From Longimicrobiales bacterium (lineage in GTDB: Bacteria; Gemmatimonadota; Gemmatimonadetes; Longimicrobiales; Gaopeijiaceae): a stretch of DNA of 64,000 nt. Below the pieces are notes generated by a model, which saw only the letters and a program-made list of their open reading frames with translations, searched no databases and had not been told where the DNA came from. The stretch lies in NCBI GenBank assembly GCA_965202985.1, contig CBDBCF010000002.1, forward strand, positions 32,001 to 96,000, read 5' to 3'. Shown here in pieces: positions 47,201 to 56,078 of this stretch; positions within the stretch are counted from its first letter, which is position 1; each line of letters begins with the position of its first letter. The translations under genes were made by a program, and so were the position numbers.

Positions 47201-49660
47201 GAGGCGGGTCCGCCGACGTTCGCGCTGACGGTGCGGGCGACGGACGCGGGCGGTCTGACGGCCGAGGCGGCGGTGACGGTGACGTTGCTGGACGTGAACG
47301 AGGGTCCGGAGGCGGTGGGCGCGATGTCGCCGAAGACGCTCGAGGCGTACGGCGCCGCTGTGGAAGAGGAGTTGGGTCGGTACTTCCGGGACCCGGACGG
47401 CGACGCGCTGGCGTACGCAGTCGAGTCGTCGTCGCCGGCCGTGGCGGCTGCGACGGTGACGGGCGCGGGCGTGCTGTCGATCGCGCCGCAGGCGATCGGC
47501 GAGACCGTGGTGACGGTACGCGCGAGCGATCCGGGCGGGTTGTCGGCGGTGCAGCAGGTGCGTGTGACGGTGGAGGCGTCGCGGTCGGAGCGTGCGCGTG
47601 CGTTGGAGCTGACGCTGGCGGCGTTCGGCCGGTCGCTGGGCACGGAGACGGTGGATGCGATCGGCGGGCGGCTGGGGTTGGAGTCGTCGGGCGTGCTGGG
47701 CCGGTCGCACGTGCAGCTCGGCGGGCGGTCGCTGGCCTGCGGCGCGCCGGGCGCCGGGTCGGGCGGCGTCGCCGGCGTTGCGAGCGCGGCGCGTGACCAA
47801 ACCGACGGCGGCGTTGCGGCTTCGGCGGACGGCCGGACCGACGGCGACACTGCGAACGCAGTGCACGAACAGGCCGACGCCGGCGAAGGCCATGCCGCAG
47901 GCGGCGACGACAGCGGTGCCGCTGGCATCGGCGGCTCGGGCCATTGCGGGCTCGAGTCGCTGGTGCGGGGCGCGACGGGCCTGCTGGGGTTGCAGATCGC
48001 GCACCCCGGCTCGGCCGACGCGGCCGGCGGAACCGTCGACTTGGCCGCGCTGCTGTTCGGCGACGGCCGTGGCGGTGCATTCGGTCAACCGACAGCGGGC
48101 GGCGCAGGCGGCATGACCGGCATGACCGGCATGGGCGGCGTCTACCAGGGCCGTCAGCAACCCGAAGCCGGGCGCGCCGACCGGGGCGGCCTGACGTTCA
48201 ACCCCGTCGATGCGCGCGGCCTGCGCTCGCAGAGCTCGTTCCAGCTGGCGTTCGGCGGCTCGGACGCCCCGGCGCACGCATCCTCGGCCGGCGCCTCCGT
48301 CTCTTCGCAGGCTGCTTTGCGGTCGGGCTGGACGGTGTGGGGCCAGGCGAACCTGGGCGAGTTCGAGGGTCGTCCCCAAGACGGCTTCGCCATGGACGGC
48401 CGCACGCGCTCGGCTTACTTGGGGCTGGACTACCGGTTCGCATCCGGTGTGCTGATGGGCCTTGCGGGCTCGCGCAGCGACATGGAAGCGGGCTTCGACA
48501 GCGACGTCAACGGCGCGGGATCGGTCGACGCTCGCCTGACCAGCCTGTACCCCTATCTGCACTGGTCGTCCGGCGGCGGGTTCGGCGTGTGGGGCTTGGC
48601 GGGCGCGGGCCGCGGCGACGCGACGCTCGAGGAGTCGGCGGGCGGGCGTTTCGACACCGACTTGGAGATGCGCATGGGCGCGCTGGGCGTGCGTCAGGAG
48701 CTGACCGGCGGGTTGGCGCTGAAGGCGGACGCTTTCGCCGTCCGCATCTTGTCGGACGACGTGGCGGGGCTGGCGGGCGTGACGGCGGACGCGCAGCGCG
48801 TGCGACTGGCGCCGGAGATCGGCGGCCAGTGGTCGCTGGGCGGCGGGCTGGCGATGCGGACGCGGCTCGAGGTGGGCGGACGCTTCGACGGTGGCGACGC
48901 GGAGACGGGGATGGGCGCGGAGGCGGGCGCCGAGGTGGGGTTGGCGCACCAGGCCAGCGGGTTCAGCATGACGGCGCGGGGCCGTGCGCTGCTGGTGCAC
49001 CAGGAGCGCGACTTCAAGGACTGGGGCGCCGGGTTCTCGCTGAGGTTGCAGCCGGGCGGCGGGGGCGAGGGCGGGCTGTCGTTCTCGGTCGAGCCGACGT
49101 GGGGCGACGCTGGGGGCGGCGCGCGGACGCTGTGGCAAGGGGGCGCGGACGTGTGGCGGACCGCTGGCGCGGGCGGCTTCGGCGCGCCGGGCGGTGCAGC
49201 GCGGCCAGTCGGTGCGAACGTTCCGGCAGGCACGGGTCTTGCTCACAACCCGGGCGACCCGTCGGCCGAAGGCATGTCGGGCGCGAATGGCGATCCGGCC
49301 GTCGGCTCGCAGGCAGGCCCGGGCCTCCCGGCAAGCTCCGGCCTCTTGGCGGCCACGAGCGCGCCGGGCTGGGCGCCCGACCGCGTGGCGATGGAAGTCG
49401 GCTACGGCGTGCTGCTGTCCGGCGGCAATCAAGTCAAGCCGTTCGGCCGGTGGAGCCGCGAGGGACCGACGGGCCATCGGGTGAACGTGGGGACGCGCTG
49501 GTCGCTGCTGGGCGGCGAGACCACCGGGCAACTTACCGAGTCCCCGGGGACCCGGTCGCCCGGCCTGCGCCTGATGATGGACCTGTTCGGCGAGCACGTT
49601 GCCAGCGGCGTCCAGCCCCCGGAACGCCGCATCGGCCTCTCGGGCAGGATCGTCTTCTAG
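35279..49660 (+). CDS. Giant autotransporter-type surface adhesin (4793 aa): signal peptide, 27 Ig-like repeats, 5 cadherin-like domains, 1 further Ig-like domain, C-terminal beta-barrel
   Basis: Signal ..ASLSA|Q; ~126-aa repeats (VTGTPQLALTIG..RQA.YASG.GT..L.F.Y.V...D.D.DGI.IGASAL.LNGGTI..HKV.G); FELAEN..ATDPD..DVNEAP cadherin motifs; WTVWGQ..YLGLDY..LTSLYPY..GRFDGGDAETG..GRIVF barrel; alternative start 35321. Confidence 0.9.
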   Translation: MMSPPPPPLFSAPAMLVARAALAALGLLAASGGAAPASLSAQTAPTVTDVLVGSSPLGATGTYGRPQQIRVGVQFSENVDVTGTPQLALTIGSATRQADYVLGTGTRLLTFGYTVVAADSDTDGISIGASALTLNGGTIKRAGSTTNATLSLGSHAISNVSNHKVNGSLIVPMVSRVRLISNPGNDSTYAAGDPITVEVAFDQSVNMPDFAGQMKVDYRIGNNVREASWYTKGGNVVWLRYHTTRDDVDADGISVPGPLKNFGPTITRSGGSERAELRFFSHAISNARGHKVNGLQGVPHVTGVGIASDAGNDSTYGVGDAIEIGVRFSENVDVTDAPQLALTIGAATRQARYLSGTGGDSLTFGYQVVAADADTVGISIGASALALNGGTINKAGSAVTAYLPLRTHVVTNAAAHKVDGTQAGPPYVSGVAFASSPGGGIYGTGDTIVVAVAFNENVDVTGTPQLALTIGSATRQANYASGTGNDTLTFRYAPVAGDLDEDGISIGANALALNGGTVRRSGATVNARLGLSLHAVINEAAHKVVVVQGLAHVVRTSIASDAGADSTYEVGDTIEIALVFNENVDVTGTPQLALEIGSATRRANYFAGTGGDSLAFRYVTVLADVDSTGVSYSWDALTLNGGTIKRAGATADAYLGLRTHVVTDDPTHKVLPTSNKVTGLSVNSAGADSIFARGDTVKVTLAFRETTVVTGTPRMRIWLGAGHGWATYHSGSGTSELEFRYVVQSGIEDKNGVGILSDAVDLNAGTIRAANEINVNPWIDASLTIVDDPRWKVAGSARVTSVSVGSPPTGDVFERGDTIVVTMVYSDSVDVTGVPTAWLKLTSAAYRPALYASGTGTDTLEFRYVVEAGDNDNDGLSVYGTAIQLTGGSTIREAGTTTSAFHDTPWPHAGQDAIANSAGHKVAGAARVASVSVGSPLLGDTFERGDTIKVTLVYTDSVDVTGVPTVWVTIGSNPWAGATYVAGSGTDSLEFHYVVQAADTDADGISMVGNALQWTGGSTIREAGTSTNTFSNTPWRGPGSGGYAITNSAGHKVAGSQVTAPTVTGVAISSSAGADNAYGYGDTIAATVSFFRPVTATGTPQLALSIGDSTRQADYSSGTGTGALEFQYVVVASDVDADGLSIGASALALNGGTIVDVRDGSTAASLGLGSHAITNASAHKVQGNVPVVTSAFFMSAANTGLAYASTDSVFGLGDEIRVGVGFSTGVTATGTPRLALGIGAQTRSAALCGTSGGVILVFCYTVVAADADATGISIGANALTLPGGATIRATGTTTDARLSLAPWNFADAVAYQVDGSKEVAPGVSGVAISSAPASDSTYGRTEAIEVEVEFERSVAVTGTPQLALSIDTLTRQAGYASGSGTRTLVFRYVVAAVDADANGISIAASALTLNGGTIVLAGGTTAATLGLGTNAITNAAAHKVNGSLGPPGVTGLTIGSPVVGDVFERGETIEVELEFNRAVDVTGTPRLALTIGSATRQASYASGSGTTGLVFRYVVASGDADADGLSIGASALALSGGTIRLAGGTLDATLGLGVGVVVTNSGGHQVAGGTFTVPAVSAVAISSAPASGQTYQLGESIEVKVAFGRPVAVTGTPRLALTIGTVARQASYASATSKADTLVFGYAVRPSDADTDGLSIAASALTLSGGTIVDVRPGAVAAALDLGSSAVTNDASHKVNGGLGPPGVTGLTVASPPTGTTFERGDTVVATVRFNKSVDVTGTPRLALGIGSQTRQAAYASGTGTAALVFRYVVVTADVDADGLSVGASALTLNGGTIDVAGGTTDALLSLEHQAFSDFLVVNGGLFTASSVSGVSISSSPASDSTYGRTEQIEVEVTFDRNVAVTGAPQVALTIGSQTRQAAYASGSGTKTLTFSYTVVAADADANGISIGTSALALNSGTIVDARDANEAAGLGLGSNAIANAAAHKVDGAQGPPGVIGVVVGSPPVGDTFERGDAVAATVTFNRAVAVTGTPQLALGIGSQTRQASYASGSGTASLVFQYTVVQADVDADGLSIGTSALALNSGTIRLSGGTLDATLGLGTHAISNSGSHKVAGGTFTASSVSGVAITSSPSSGDTYGLGEEIEVEVTFVRPVVTGGTPQLALTVGAATRQADYASGTFTKTLTFGYEVAAGDADANGIGIGASALALNGGTINDARGGTTAAGLGLGSSAIANAAAHKVDGALGPPGVAGLSIGSPEVGDTFERGETIEVKVAFNKSVAVTGTPRLALGIGSATKQASYAAGTGTDTLVFRYVVVTADVDADGLSIGTSALALNGGTVRRSGGTTDAVLSLRDHYVTDSGNYKVAGGTFTAAAVSGVTISSSPSSDSTYGRTEVIEVEVGFTRPVTVTGAPQLALTIGSQTRQASYASGTGTATLAFRYTVVATDADSTGIGIAASALALNGGTIADARGGTTAAGLGLGSNAISNDAAHKVDGSRGPPGVTSLSIGSPTVGDVFERGETIEVSLVFNRSVDVTGVPRLALTVGSATRQASYASGSGTDTLVFRYVVATGDADADGISIAASALALSGGTIKVAGGTLDATLGLGSSVVTNSPGHKVAGGTFTTPAVSAVTISSAPASGQTYQLGESIEVKVAFGRPVAVTGAPRLALTIGTQTRQAGYVAASSKADTLVFGYAIRPADADTDGIGIGASALALNGGAIADVRPGAAAAALGLGVRAISNAASHKVNGSLGPPGVVGLAVAAPPVGNTFERGDTIVATVTFNKAVDATGAPQLALSIGAQQVGAYASAATGTTSLEFRYVVISGDADTDGLSIRANALTLNGGTIDVASGTTDALLSLEHHAISNASGRRVAGGTFTAASVSAVSITSSPAGGGTYGLSEEIGVDVTFNRNVAVTGSPELALTIGSRTRQASYVATTGGRVLSFAYTVVAGDADGNGIGIGASALSLNGGTVADARDANEAASLGLGGHAVSNSGGHRVDGAQGPPGVSAVSIASPPVGDTFERGDTVVATVVFNKAVDVTGTPQLALGIGSTTKQASYASGTGTASLVFRYVVVTADADADGISIGASALALNGGTIDVAGGTVDAVLGLGAHAISNSAGHKVAGGTFTAASVSGVSLTSSPAVATTYGRDERIEVQVTFNRRVTVTGTPQVALTVGAQTRQADYASGTGTRALTFRYTVVQADADTDGIEVGASALALNSGAIADARDGTTAAALGLGSHALSAASGHKVDGTLAGATVSGVAVSSAPESGDTYGLGERIEVEVTFDRAVTVTGSPRLALTVGAVARQASYASGSGTATLSFAYRVQGAGSGGSGTGGVDADADGIGVAAAALTLNGGTIVNTADGVRPATLALGAHVIAAAAADKVDGTVEVAPVVVGVAVTSVPVATGLYGAGGVIRVEVTFSRPVDVAGASSSPALAASMTAANTAAARLAIDVGGTTRHARYVSGSGTTVLVFEYVVRPADRDPDGISIPADALAEAAGALRIAGGQAAAVLDLGAHAVTDLTDHAVNGAGSLDPVFGRLEYEFELAENVAGPLPVGEVVAASPLDAEVRYGLESGGEGLFEVDVSSGVVTYVGGGEDAEQRSEYVMLVVAVTDGVGEDEQLETTAKVTVKVMNENDEAPSFVEDRWVFELAEDVAGPLVLGVLEAVDLDEGDTLTYALVAGDAERFELDGQTGELRYVGAGEDYEAGAGPWVLEATATDLVGRTAQATATVVVADVNEAPAFSDSAYAFELAENAAGPLVLGVVRATDPDRDDPPTYSLSVGDAERFEVDAVTGELRYVGEGEDAETGPESWALEVRATDRGGIAASARVVVALLDRNEAPVFAAERYEWEFEENVAGPLVLGAVEAADPDRADTLVYSLSGEGAALFEVDAGTGEVRYAGAGEDYEAGPASWEFEVVATDGEGLAARAVATVALVDVNEAPAFADSAYAFELAENVAGPLTLGAVEATDPDRGDAPAYSLAEGDAARFEVDARTGEVRYVGAGEDYEAGPPTFALTVRATDAGGLTAEAAVTVTLLDVNEGPEAVGAMSPKTLEAYGAAVEEELGRYFRDPDGDALAYAVESSSPAVAAATVTGAGVLSIAPQAIGETVVTVRASDPGGLSAVQQVRVTVEASRSERARALELTLAAFGRSLGTETVDAIGGRLGLESSGVLGRSHVQLGGRSLACGAPGAGSGGVAGVASAARDQTDGGVAASADGRTDGDTANAVHEQADAGEGHAAGGDDSGAAGIGGSGHCGLESLVRGATGLLGLQIAHPGSADAAGGTVDLAALLFGDGRGGAFGQPTAGGAGGMTGMTGMGGVYQGRQQPEAGRADRGGLTFNPVDARGLRSQSSFQLAFGGSDAPAHASSAGASVSSQAALRSGWTVWGQANLGEFEGRPQDGFAMDGRTRSAYLGLDYRFASGVLMGLAGSRSDMEAGFDSDVNGAGSVDARLTSLYPYLHWSSGGGFGVWGLAGAGRGDATLEESAGGRFDTDLEMRMGALGVRQELTGGLALKADAFAVRILSDDVAGLAGVTADAQRVRLAPEIGGQWSLGGGLAMRTRLEVGGRFDGGDAETGMGAEAGAEVGLAHQASGFSMTARGRALLVHQERDFKDWGAGFSLRLQPGGGGEGGLSFSVEPTWGDAGGGARTLWQGGADVWRTAGAGGFGAPGGAARPVGANVPAGTGLAHNPGDPSAEGMSGANGDPAVGSQAGPGLPASSGLLAATSAPGWAPDRVAMEVGYGVLLSGGNQVKPFGRWSREGPTGHRVNVGTRWSLLGGETTGQLTESPGTRSPGLRLMMDLFGEHVASGVQPPERRIGLSGRIVF
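35287..35302 (+). repeat. C16 homopolymer at the 5' end of the giant adhesin gene
   Basis: atgatgag-C16-ttg. Confidence 0.9.
35410..45770 (+). repeat. 27 degenerate intragenic repeats of about 380 bp (Ig-like beta-sandwich units)
   Basis: Counted from recurring TGTPQLAL and HKV motifs in the translation. Confidence 0.85.
45779..47305 (+). repeat. Five cadherin-like repeats of about 100 aa
   Basis: PxF...Y.FELAEN.AGPL.LG...A.DPD...FEVD..TGE.RYVG.GEDYE...DVNE. Confidence 0.85.
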
Positions 49661-49663
49661 TAG

Positions 49664-49722
49664 GGTTCGCGCGTCCCCGGCGCGGTGCGTTGTCCCGCAA
49701 TGTGCCGGGGATGTGCGGGACC
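49664..49722 (+). terminator. Long RNA hairpin directly after the adhesin stop codons
   Basis: ggttcgcgcgtccccggcgcggtgcg-ttgtcc-cgcaatgtgccggggatgtgcgggacc, about 25-bp stem with several G-U pairs. Confidence 0.6.
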
Positions 49723-49915
49723 GCCTCCCGCTGATCGTCGTCGCGGCACGACGGCGCCACCCGTCCGTCGGGTTGGGGATCAACCACTTGCAGCACCACA
49801 GCCTTGCCCGCCCGGACCGTTGCGTTGTCGATCGTGGCCGTCAACCTGGACACTCTCGGCGTCTTGCTCCAGAACCGCGAGCAGCGCGCGCTCCGGATCA
49901 GGTTATCTTCCTTCC

Positions 49916-50503
49916 ATGAGACTCGCTTGTTCCGGCGCCCCTGCCGCCGGCATCGTCCCCGGGGCCCCGGTGCGCGCCACCACCGTCGTCGCCGTGGCCC
50001 GCGATGGTCGGGTCGCCATGGCCGGCGACGGTCAAGTCAGCTTGGGCGACACCGTGGTGAAGAGCGCGGCCCGCAAGATCCGCCACATCCGCGAAGGAAA
50101 CGTCCTGGTCGGGTTTGCCGGCGCGACCGCCGACGCCTTCACCCTCTTCGGCAAGCTGGAGGGCAAGTTGGAGCGCTGGCCGTCCAACCTTCCCCGGGCC
50201 TGCGTGGAGCTGGCCAAGGACTGGCGGACCGACCGCTACCTGCGTCGACTGGAGGCCCTGTTGGCTGTCGCGGACCGGGAACATCTATTCCTGGTCAGCG
50301 GCGACGGCAACGTCATCGAACCCGACCAGCCCATCTTGGCCATCGGCTCCGGCGGCCCCTATGCCCTTGCCGCCGCACGTGCGCTCCACGACCGCCCGGA
50401 GTTGAGCGCCGAGGACGTGGCGCGCCGGGCCTTGGAGATCGCCGCCGACATCTGCATCTACACCAACCGCGAAATCACGGTGCTGGAGCTGGCCCCCTCA
50501 TGA
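49916..50503 (+). CDS. hslV: ATP-dependent protease subunit HslV
   Basis: [53 protein letters not shown]; start uncertain. Confidence 0.95.
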   Translation: MRLACSGAPAAGIVPGAPVRATTVVAVARDGRVAMAGDGQVSLGDTVVKSAARKIRHIREGNVLVGFAGATADAFTLFGKLEGKLERWPSNLPRACVELAKDWRTDRYLRRLEALLAVADREHLFLVSGDGNVIEPDQPILAIGSGGPYALAAARALHDRPELSAEDVARRALEIAADICIYTNREITVLELAPS

Positions 50504-52158
50504 CCCTGACGACTCGACAGGCCCCCGAGGCCCCCCCGCCGTCCGAAGACGCGCCCCCCCTGGACGGCGCCGACGCCTCGCCCGACGCCGACGCCGGCTC
50601 GCCGGAAGACTCGCCTCCCACCGACGGTTCCGCCCCGCCCGACGACTCCGCTTCCCCCGACGGTTCCGCTACCCCCGACGACGCCCCCGGCTGGCTGGAC
50701 CGCCTCACCCCCCGCGAGATCGTCGCCGAGCTGGACAAGTACATCGTCGGCCAGTCCGAGGCCAAGAAGGCCGTGGCGATCGCGCTGCGGAACCGCTGGC
50801 GGCGGCAGCAGGTGGACGAGGAGCTGCGCGACGAGATCCTGCCCAACAACCTGGTCATGATCGGCCCCACGGGCGTCGGCAAGACCGAGATCGCTCGGCG
50901 CTTGGCCCGCTTCGCCGGCTCCCCGTTCGTCAAGGTCGAAGCGTCCAAGTTCACCGAAGTGGGCTATGTAGGACGCGATGTGGAGTCGATGATACGCGAC
51001 TTGGTGGACACGGCGGTCAACATGGTCCGCTCCGAGCGGGAGGCCGAGGTGGAGGAACGGGCCGCGCGCAATGTGGACGAACGGTTGCTGGATCTGCTCC
51101 TGCCCGACCCCAGCGGCGGGCCGGAGGTCTCCAAGAAGGCGCGGCGGGCCGGAGGCGCTGCGCCCAAGCTGATGTCCGGCACGGGTTCGCCCGGCAAGAT
51201 ATTCGTGGCCGGATCCGGCGGCCCCGCCGGCGCGGGCCCCGCCGACGTCGACGCCGAGCTGGCCGAGCGCCGAGCCCGAACCCGCGAGAAGCTGCGCAAG
51301 CTCCTTCACGACGGACGCTTGGAGGATCGCAAGGTCGAGATCGACATCCAGCAGTCGCCGTCGGTCGAGGGCATGGTCTTTCCGGTGGGCGGCATGGAGA
51401 GCATGGACATCAACTTGACCGAGATGCTCCAGGACATGTTGCCCAAGCGCACCAAGCGTCGGTCGGTGACGATCGCCGAAGCCCGTCGCGTCCTTCATCA
51501 AGAGGAGCTGGACCGCTTGGTGGACATGGACGACGTGGTCAACGAGGCCATGGACCGCGCCGAGGAGATCGGGATCGTCTTCTTGGACGAGCTGGACAAG
51601 GTGGCGGGCGGTCACGGCGGAGGCCGAGGCCCCGACGTGAGCAGGGAAGGTGTGCAGCGCGACCTGCTGCCCATCGTCGAGGGCTCCAACGTGCAGACGC
51701 GCTACGGCATGGTCCGCACCGACCACATGCTCTTCGTCGCCGCCGGGGCGTTCCACGTCGCCAAGCCGTCTGACCTGATCCCCGAGCTGCAGGGCCGGTT
51801 CCCGATCCGCGTCGAACTCAAGAGCCTGGGCGCTGCCGAGTTCGTCCGCATCCTGCAGGAGCCCCGCAACGCGCTGGTGCGCCAGTACCAAGCGCTGGTG
51901 GAGACGGAAGGCGCCGCGGTCGAGTTCACCGACGACGGCATCGAGGAGATCGCCCGCATCGCGGCGGACCTGAACGACCGCATGGAGAACATCGGCGCGC
52001 GCCGGCTGCGCACGGTCCTCACCACCCTCCTGGAAGACCTCCTCTACGACCTTCCCGACGAACGCCAGGGCAAGACGGCGGTCGTGTCCAAAGCCTTCGT
52101 GAGGGAGCGACTGGACAAGATCACGTCCGACGAAGACCTGAGCCGCTACATCCTCTAG
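50500..52158 (+). CDS. hslU: ATP-dependent protease ATPase subunit HslU
   Basis: [72 protein letters not shown]. Confidence 0.96.
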   Translation: MTLTTRQAPEAPPPSEDAPPLDGADASPDADAGSPEDSPPTDGSAPPDDSASPDGSATPDDAPGWLDRLTPREIVAELDKYIVGQSEAKKAVAIALRNRWRRQQVDEELRDEILPNNLVMIGPTGVGKTEIARRLARFAGSPFVKVEASKFTEVGYVGRDVESMIRDLVDTAVNMVRSEREAEVEERAARNVDERLLDLLLPDPSGGPEVSKKARRAGGAAPKLMSGTGSPGKIFVAGSGGPAGAGPADVDAELAERRARTREKLRKLLHDGRLEDRKVEIDIQQSPSVEGMVFPVGGMESMDINLTEMLQDMLPKRTKRRSVTIAEARRVLHQEELDRLVDMDDVVNEAMDRAEEIGIVFLDELDKVAGGHGGGRGPDVSREGVQRDLLPIVEGSNVQTRYGMVRTDHMLFVAAGAFHVAKPSDLIPELQGRFPIRVELKSLGAAEFVRILQEPRNALVRQYQALVETEGAAVEFTDDGIEEIARIAADLNDRMENIGARRLRTVLTTLLEDLLYDLPDERQGKTAVVSKAFVRERLDKITSDEDLSRYIL

Positions 52159-52165
52159 GCAGGTC

Positions 52166-53104
52166 ATGGCCACCACGAACGGGGCCGCCGTCCCCCGCCA
52201 CTTCCTGGACCTGGCCGACTACGACGCCGACGAACTCCGAGCCCTGCTGGACCACGCGGCCCGCCTGAAGTCGAACACCGCGCAGCCTGGGCGCCCGCTG
52301 GAAGGCCGGACGCTGGCCATGATCTTCCGCAAGAGCTCGACCCGCACGCGCGTCAGCGCCGAGGCGGCGATGACCCAGCTGGGCGGGCACGCCGTCATGA
52401 TCTCGGACCGCGAGTCCCAGTTGGGCCGGGGCGAGAGCGTGGCGGACACCGCCCGCGTCCTGAGCTGCTATGCGGACGCCCTTCTGGTGCGCACCTTCGC
52501 CCATCAGGAGCTGCTCGAGTTCGCCCGTCACGCTTCGGTGCCGGTGGTGAACGGCCTCACCGACCTGCTCCACCCCTGCCAAGTGCTGGCCGACTTGGCC
52601 ACCGCCGCGGAAGAGTTCGGCCCCGACTGGGATGCGCTACGCGTGGCGTGGATCGGAGACGGCAACAACGTGGCCAACTCGTGGCTCAACGCCGCCGACC
52701 GCCTGGGCTTCTCCCTTCGCTTGGCGTGTCCCGAAGGCTACGGCCCCGACCCGGCCGTCCTGGCACGAGCCCAGCGCACGGCGGACGCCAAGGTGGTTCG
52801 CGACCCGGACGAAGCCGTCGAGGGCGCATGCGTGGTGACCACCGACGTTTGGGCCTCCATGGGACAAGAGGACGAGCGCGCGGCTCGGGAGGCCGCATTC
52901 GCGGCGTACCAGGTCGACGAGGCGCTCATGGACAGGGCCGCACCGAACGCCATCTTTCTTCACTGTCTGCCGGCCCATCGCGACGAAGAGGTGTCGGCGG
53001 CCGTCCTGGACGGTCCCCGGTCTCGCGTACTGGTTGAAGCCGAGTACCGGCTGCACGTCGCAAAGGCCCTTCTCCTGCACCTGATCCCCCGGACCCGGCC
53101 CTGA
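52166..53104 (+). CDS. argF: Ornithine carbamoyltransferase
   Basis: SSTRTRVS, NGLTDLLHPCQ, GDGNNV, TDVWASMGQE, FLHCLPAHR. Confidence 0.94.
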   Translation: MATTNGAAVPRHFLDLADYDADELRALLDHAARLKSNTAQPGRPLEGRTLAMIFRKSSTRTRVSAEAAMTQLGGHAVMISDRESQLGRGESVADTARVLSCYADALLVRTFAHQELLEFARHASVPVVNGLTDLLHPCQVLADLATAAEEFGPDWDALRVAWIGDGNNVANSWLNAADRLGFSLRLACPEGYGPDPAVLARAQRTADAKVVRDPDEAVEGACVVTTDVWASMGQEDERAAREAAFAAYQVDEALMDRAAPNAIFLHCLPAHRDEEVSAAVLDGPRSRVLVEAEYRLHVAKALLLHLIPRTRP

Positions 53105-53108
53105 CTCG

Positions 53109-54233
53109 ATGGACCCGACCTCTCCCCGATCCGCCCCGACTCGAACGTCGCTTCACGCCGTCCACCTGTCCCTGGGCGCCAAGATGGTCCCGTTCGCGGG
53201 CTTCGAAATGCCGATCCAATACCCGGGCGGCATCCGAGCCGAGCACGCCGCGGTGCGCACCGCCGCGGGCCTCTTCGACGTGTCCCACATGGGCGAGTTC
53301 ACCGTGCGCGGCCCCCAGGCCGAGGCGTTCGTCCAGCACCTGACCGTGAACGACGTCTCCCGCGTCGCGCCGGGCCAGGCCCAGTACTCGGCCCTGTGCA
53401 ACGAGACTGGACACGTCTTGGACGACCTGCTGGTCTATCGCTTCCGGGACCGCTTCGTTCTCGTGGTCAACGCCGGGAACCGGACCAAGGACTGGGAGTG
53501 GGCGCAGGAGCACGCCGCCGCCTTCGACGTCGAGCTGTCCGACGACTCGGACCGGATCGCCCTACTGGCCCTCCAGGGACCGGTCGCCAGCCGCATCCTG
53601 GTGCCTCTGACCGCCGCCGACTTGGACGCCATCGGATACTACCGCTTCGCGGAAGCGACGGTGGCGGGCGTGGACGCGGTGGTAAGCCGCACCGGCTACA
53701 CGGGCGAAGACGGCTTCGAGCTCTACGTGCCCGCGGACGGGGCGGCCGAACTGTGGCGGGCGCTGTCGGAGGCCGGCGCCGACCGAGGCTTGACGCCGGC
53801 AGGGTTGGGCGCGCGGGATTCGTTGCGGCTGGAGATGGGCTACGCCCTCTACGGCAACGACCTGAGCGAATCGTACACGGCGATCGAATCGGGCCTGGGC
53901 TGGATCGTCAAGCTGGACGCCGGCGACTTCGTGGGCCGGGAGGCCCTGGCCGCGGAGAAGGCGGAAGGACCGGCGCGCCGCTTGGTGGGCGTCCGTCTGC
54001 TGGAGCGCGGCTTTCCGCGCCCCGGCTACGCCCTGGTTCACGAAGGCCGAAACGCGGGCGTGGTCACGTCCGGCGTGGCCAGCCCCAGCCTGGGAATCGG
54101 CGTTGCCCTGGGATACCTGCCGACGCGCGTCGCCCGTCCCGGCGCCGAGGTCGGCGTTCGCATCCGCGACCGCGTAGTCCGCGGAGTCGCCCAGCGACCG
54201 CCCTTCTACACCGAGGGCTCCATCCGAAGATAG
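53109..54233 (+). CDS. gcvT: Glycine cleavage system aminomethyltransferase T
   Basis: GAKMVPFAGFEMP, GLFDVSHMGE, SRTGYTGEDGFE, GLGARDSLRLEMG. Confidence 0.95.
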   Translation: MDPTSPRSAPTRTSLHAVHLSLGAKMVPFAGFEMPIQYPGGIRAEHAAVRTAAGLFDVSHMGEFTVRGPQAEAFVQHLTVNDVSRVAPGQAQYSALCNETGHVLDDLLVYRFRDRFVLVVNAGNRTKDWEWAQEHAAAFDVELSDDSDRIALLALQGPVASRILVPLTAADLDAIGYYRFAEATVAGVDAVVSRTGYTGEDGFELYVPADGAAELWRALSEAGADRGLTPAGLGARDSLRLEMGYALYGNDLSESYTAIESGLGWIVKLDAGDFVGREALAAEKAEGPARRLVGVRLLERGFPRPGYALVHEGRNAGVVTSGVASPSLGIGVALGYLPTRVARPGAEVGVRIRDRVVRGVAQRPPFYTEGSIRR

Positions 54234-54242
54234 GAGTTCGGC

Positions 54243-56009
<1,767 letters not shown>

Positions 56010-56078
56010 CGCGCGCCTCGTCCCGGTTGGGGCTTGGCGCTGCTGCCCGCCATGTTCGCCTGTCGGAAACGCCGCTCG

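Noticed and set aside
39755..49783. 3342-aa minus-strand ORF and other long antisense ORFs (1300-5031, 58795-62532, 20542-23085)
   Set aside because: Shadow frames of GC-rich genes; Arg/Ala/His-rich translations without motifs
49820..49915. Minus-strand fragment [18 protein letters not shown] resembling the C-terminus of an XRE/HTH antitoxin
   Set aside because: Too short, preceded by a stop and abutting the hslV start; cannot be distinguished from chance
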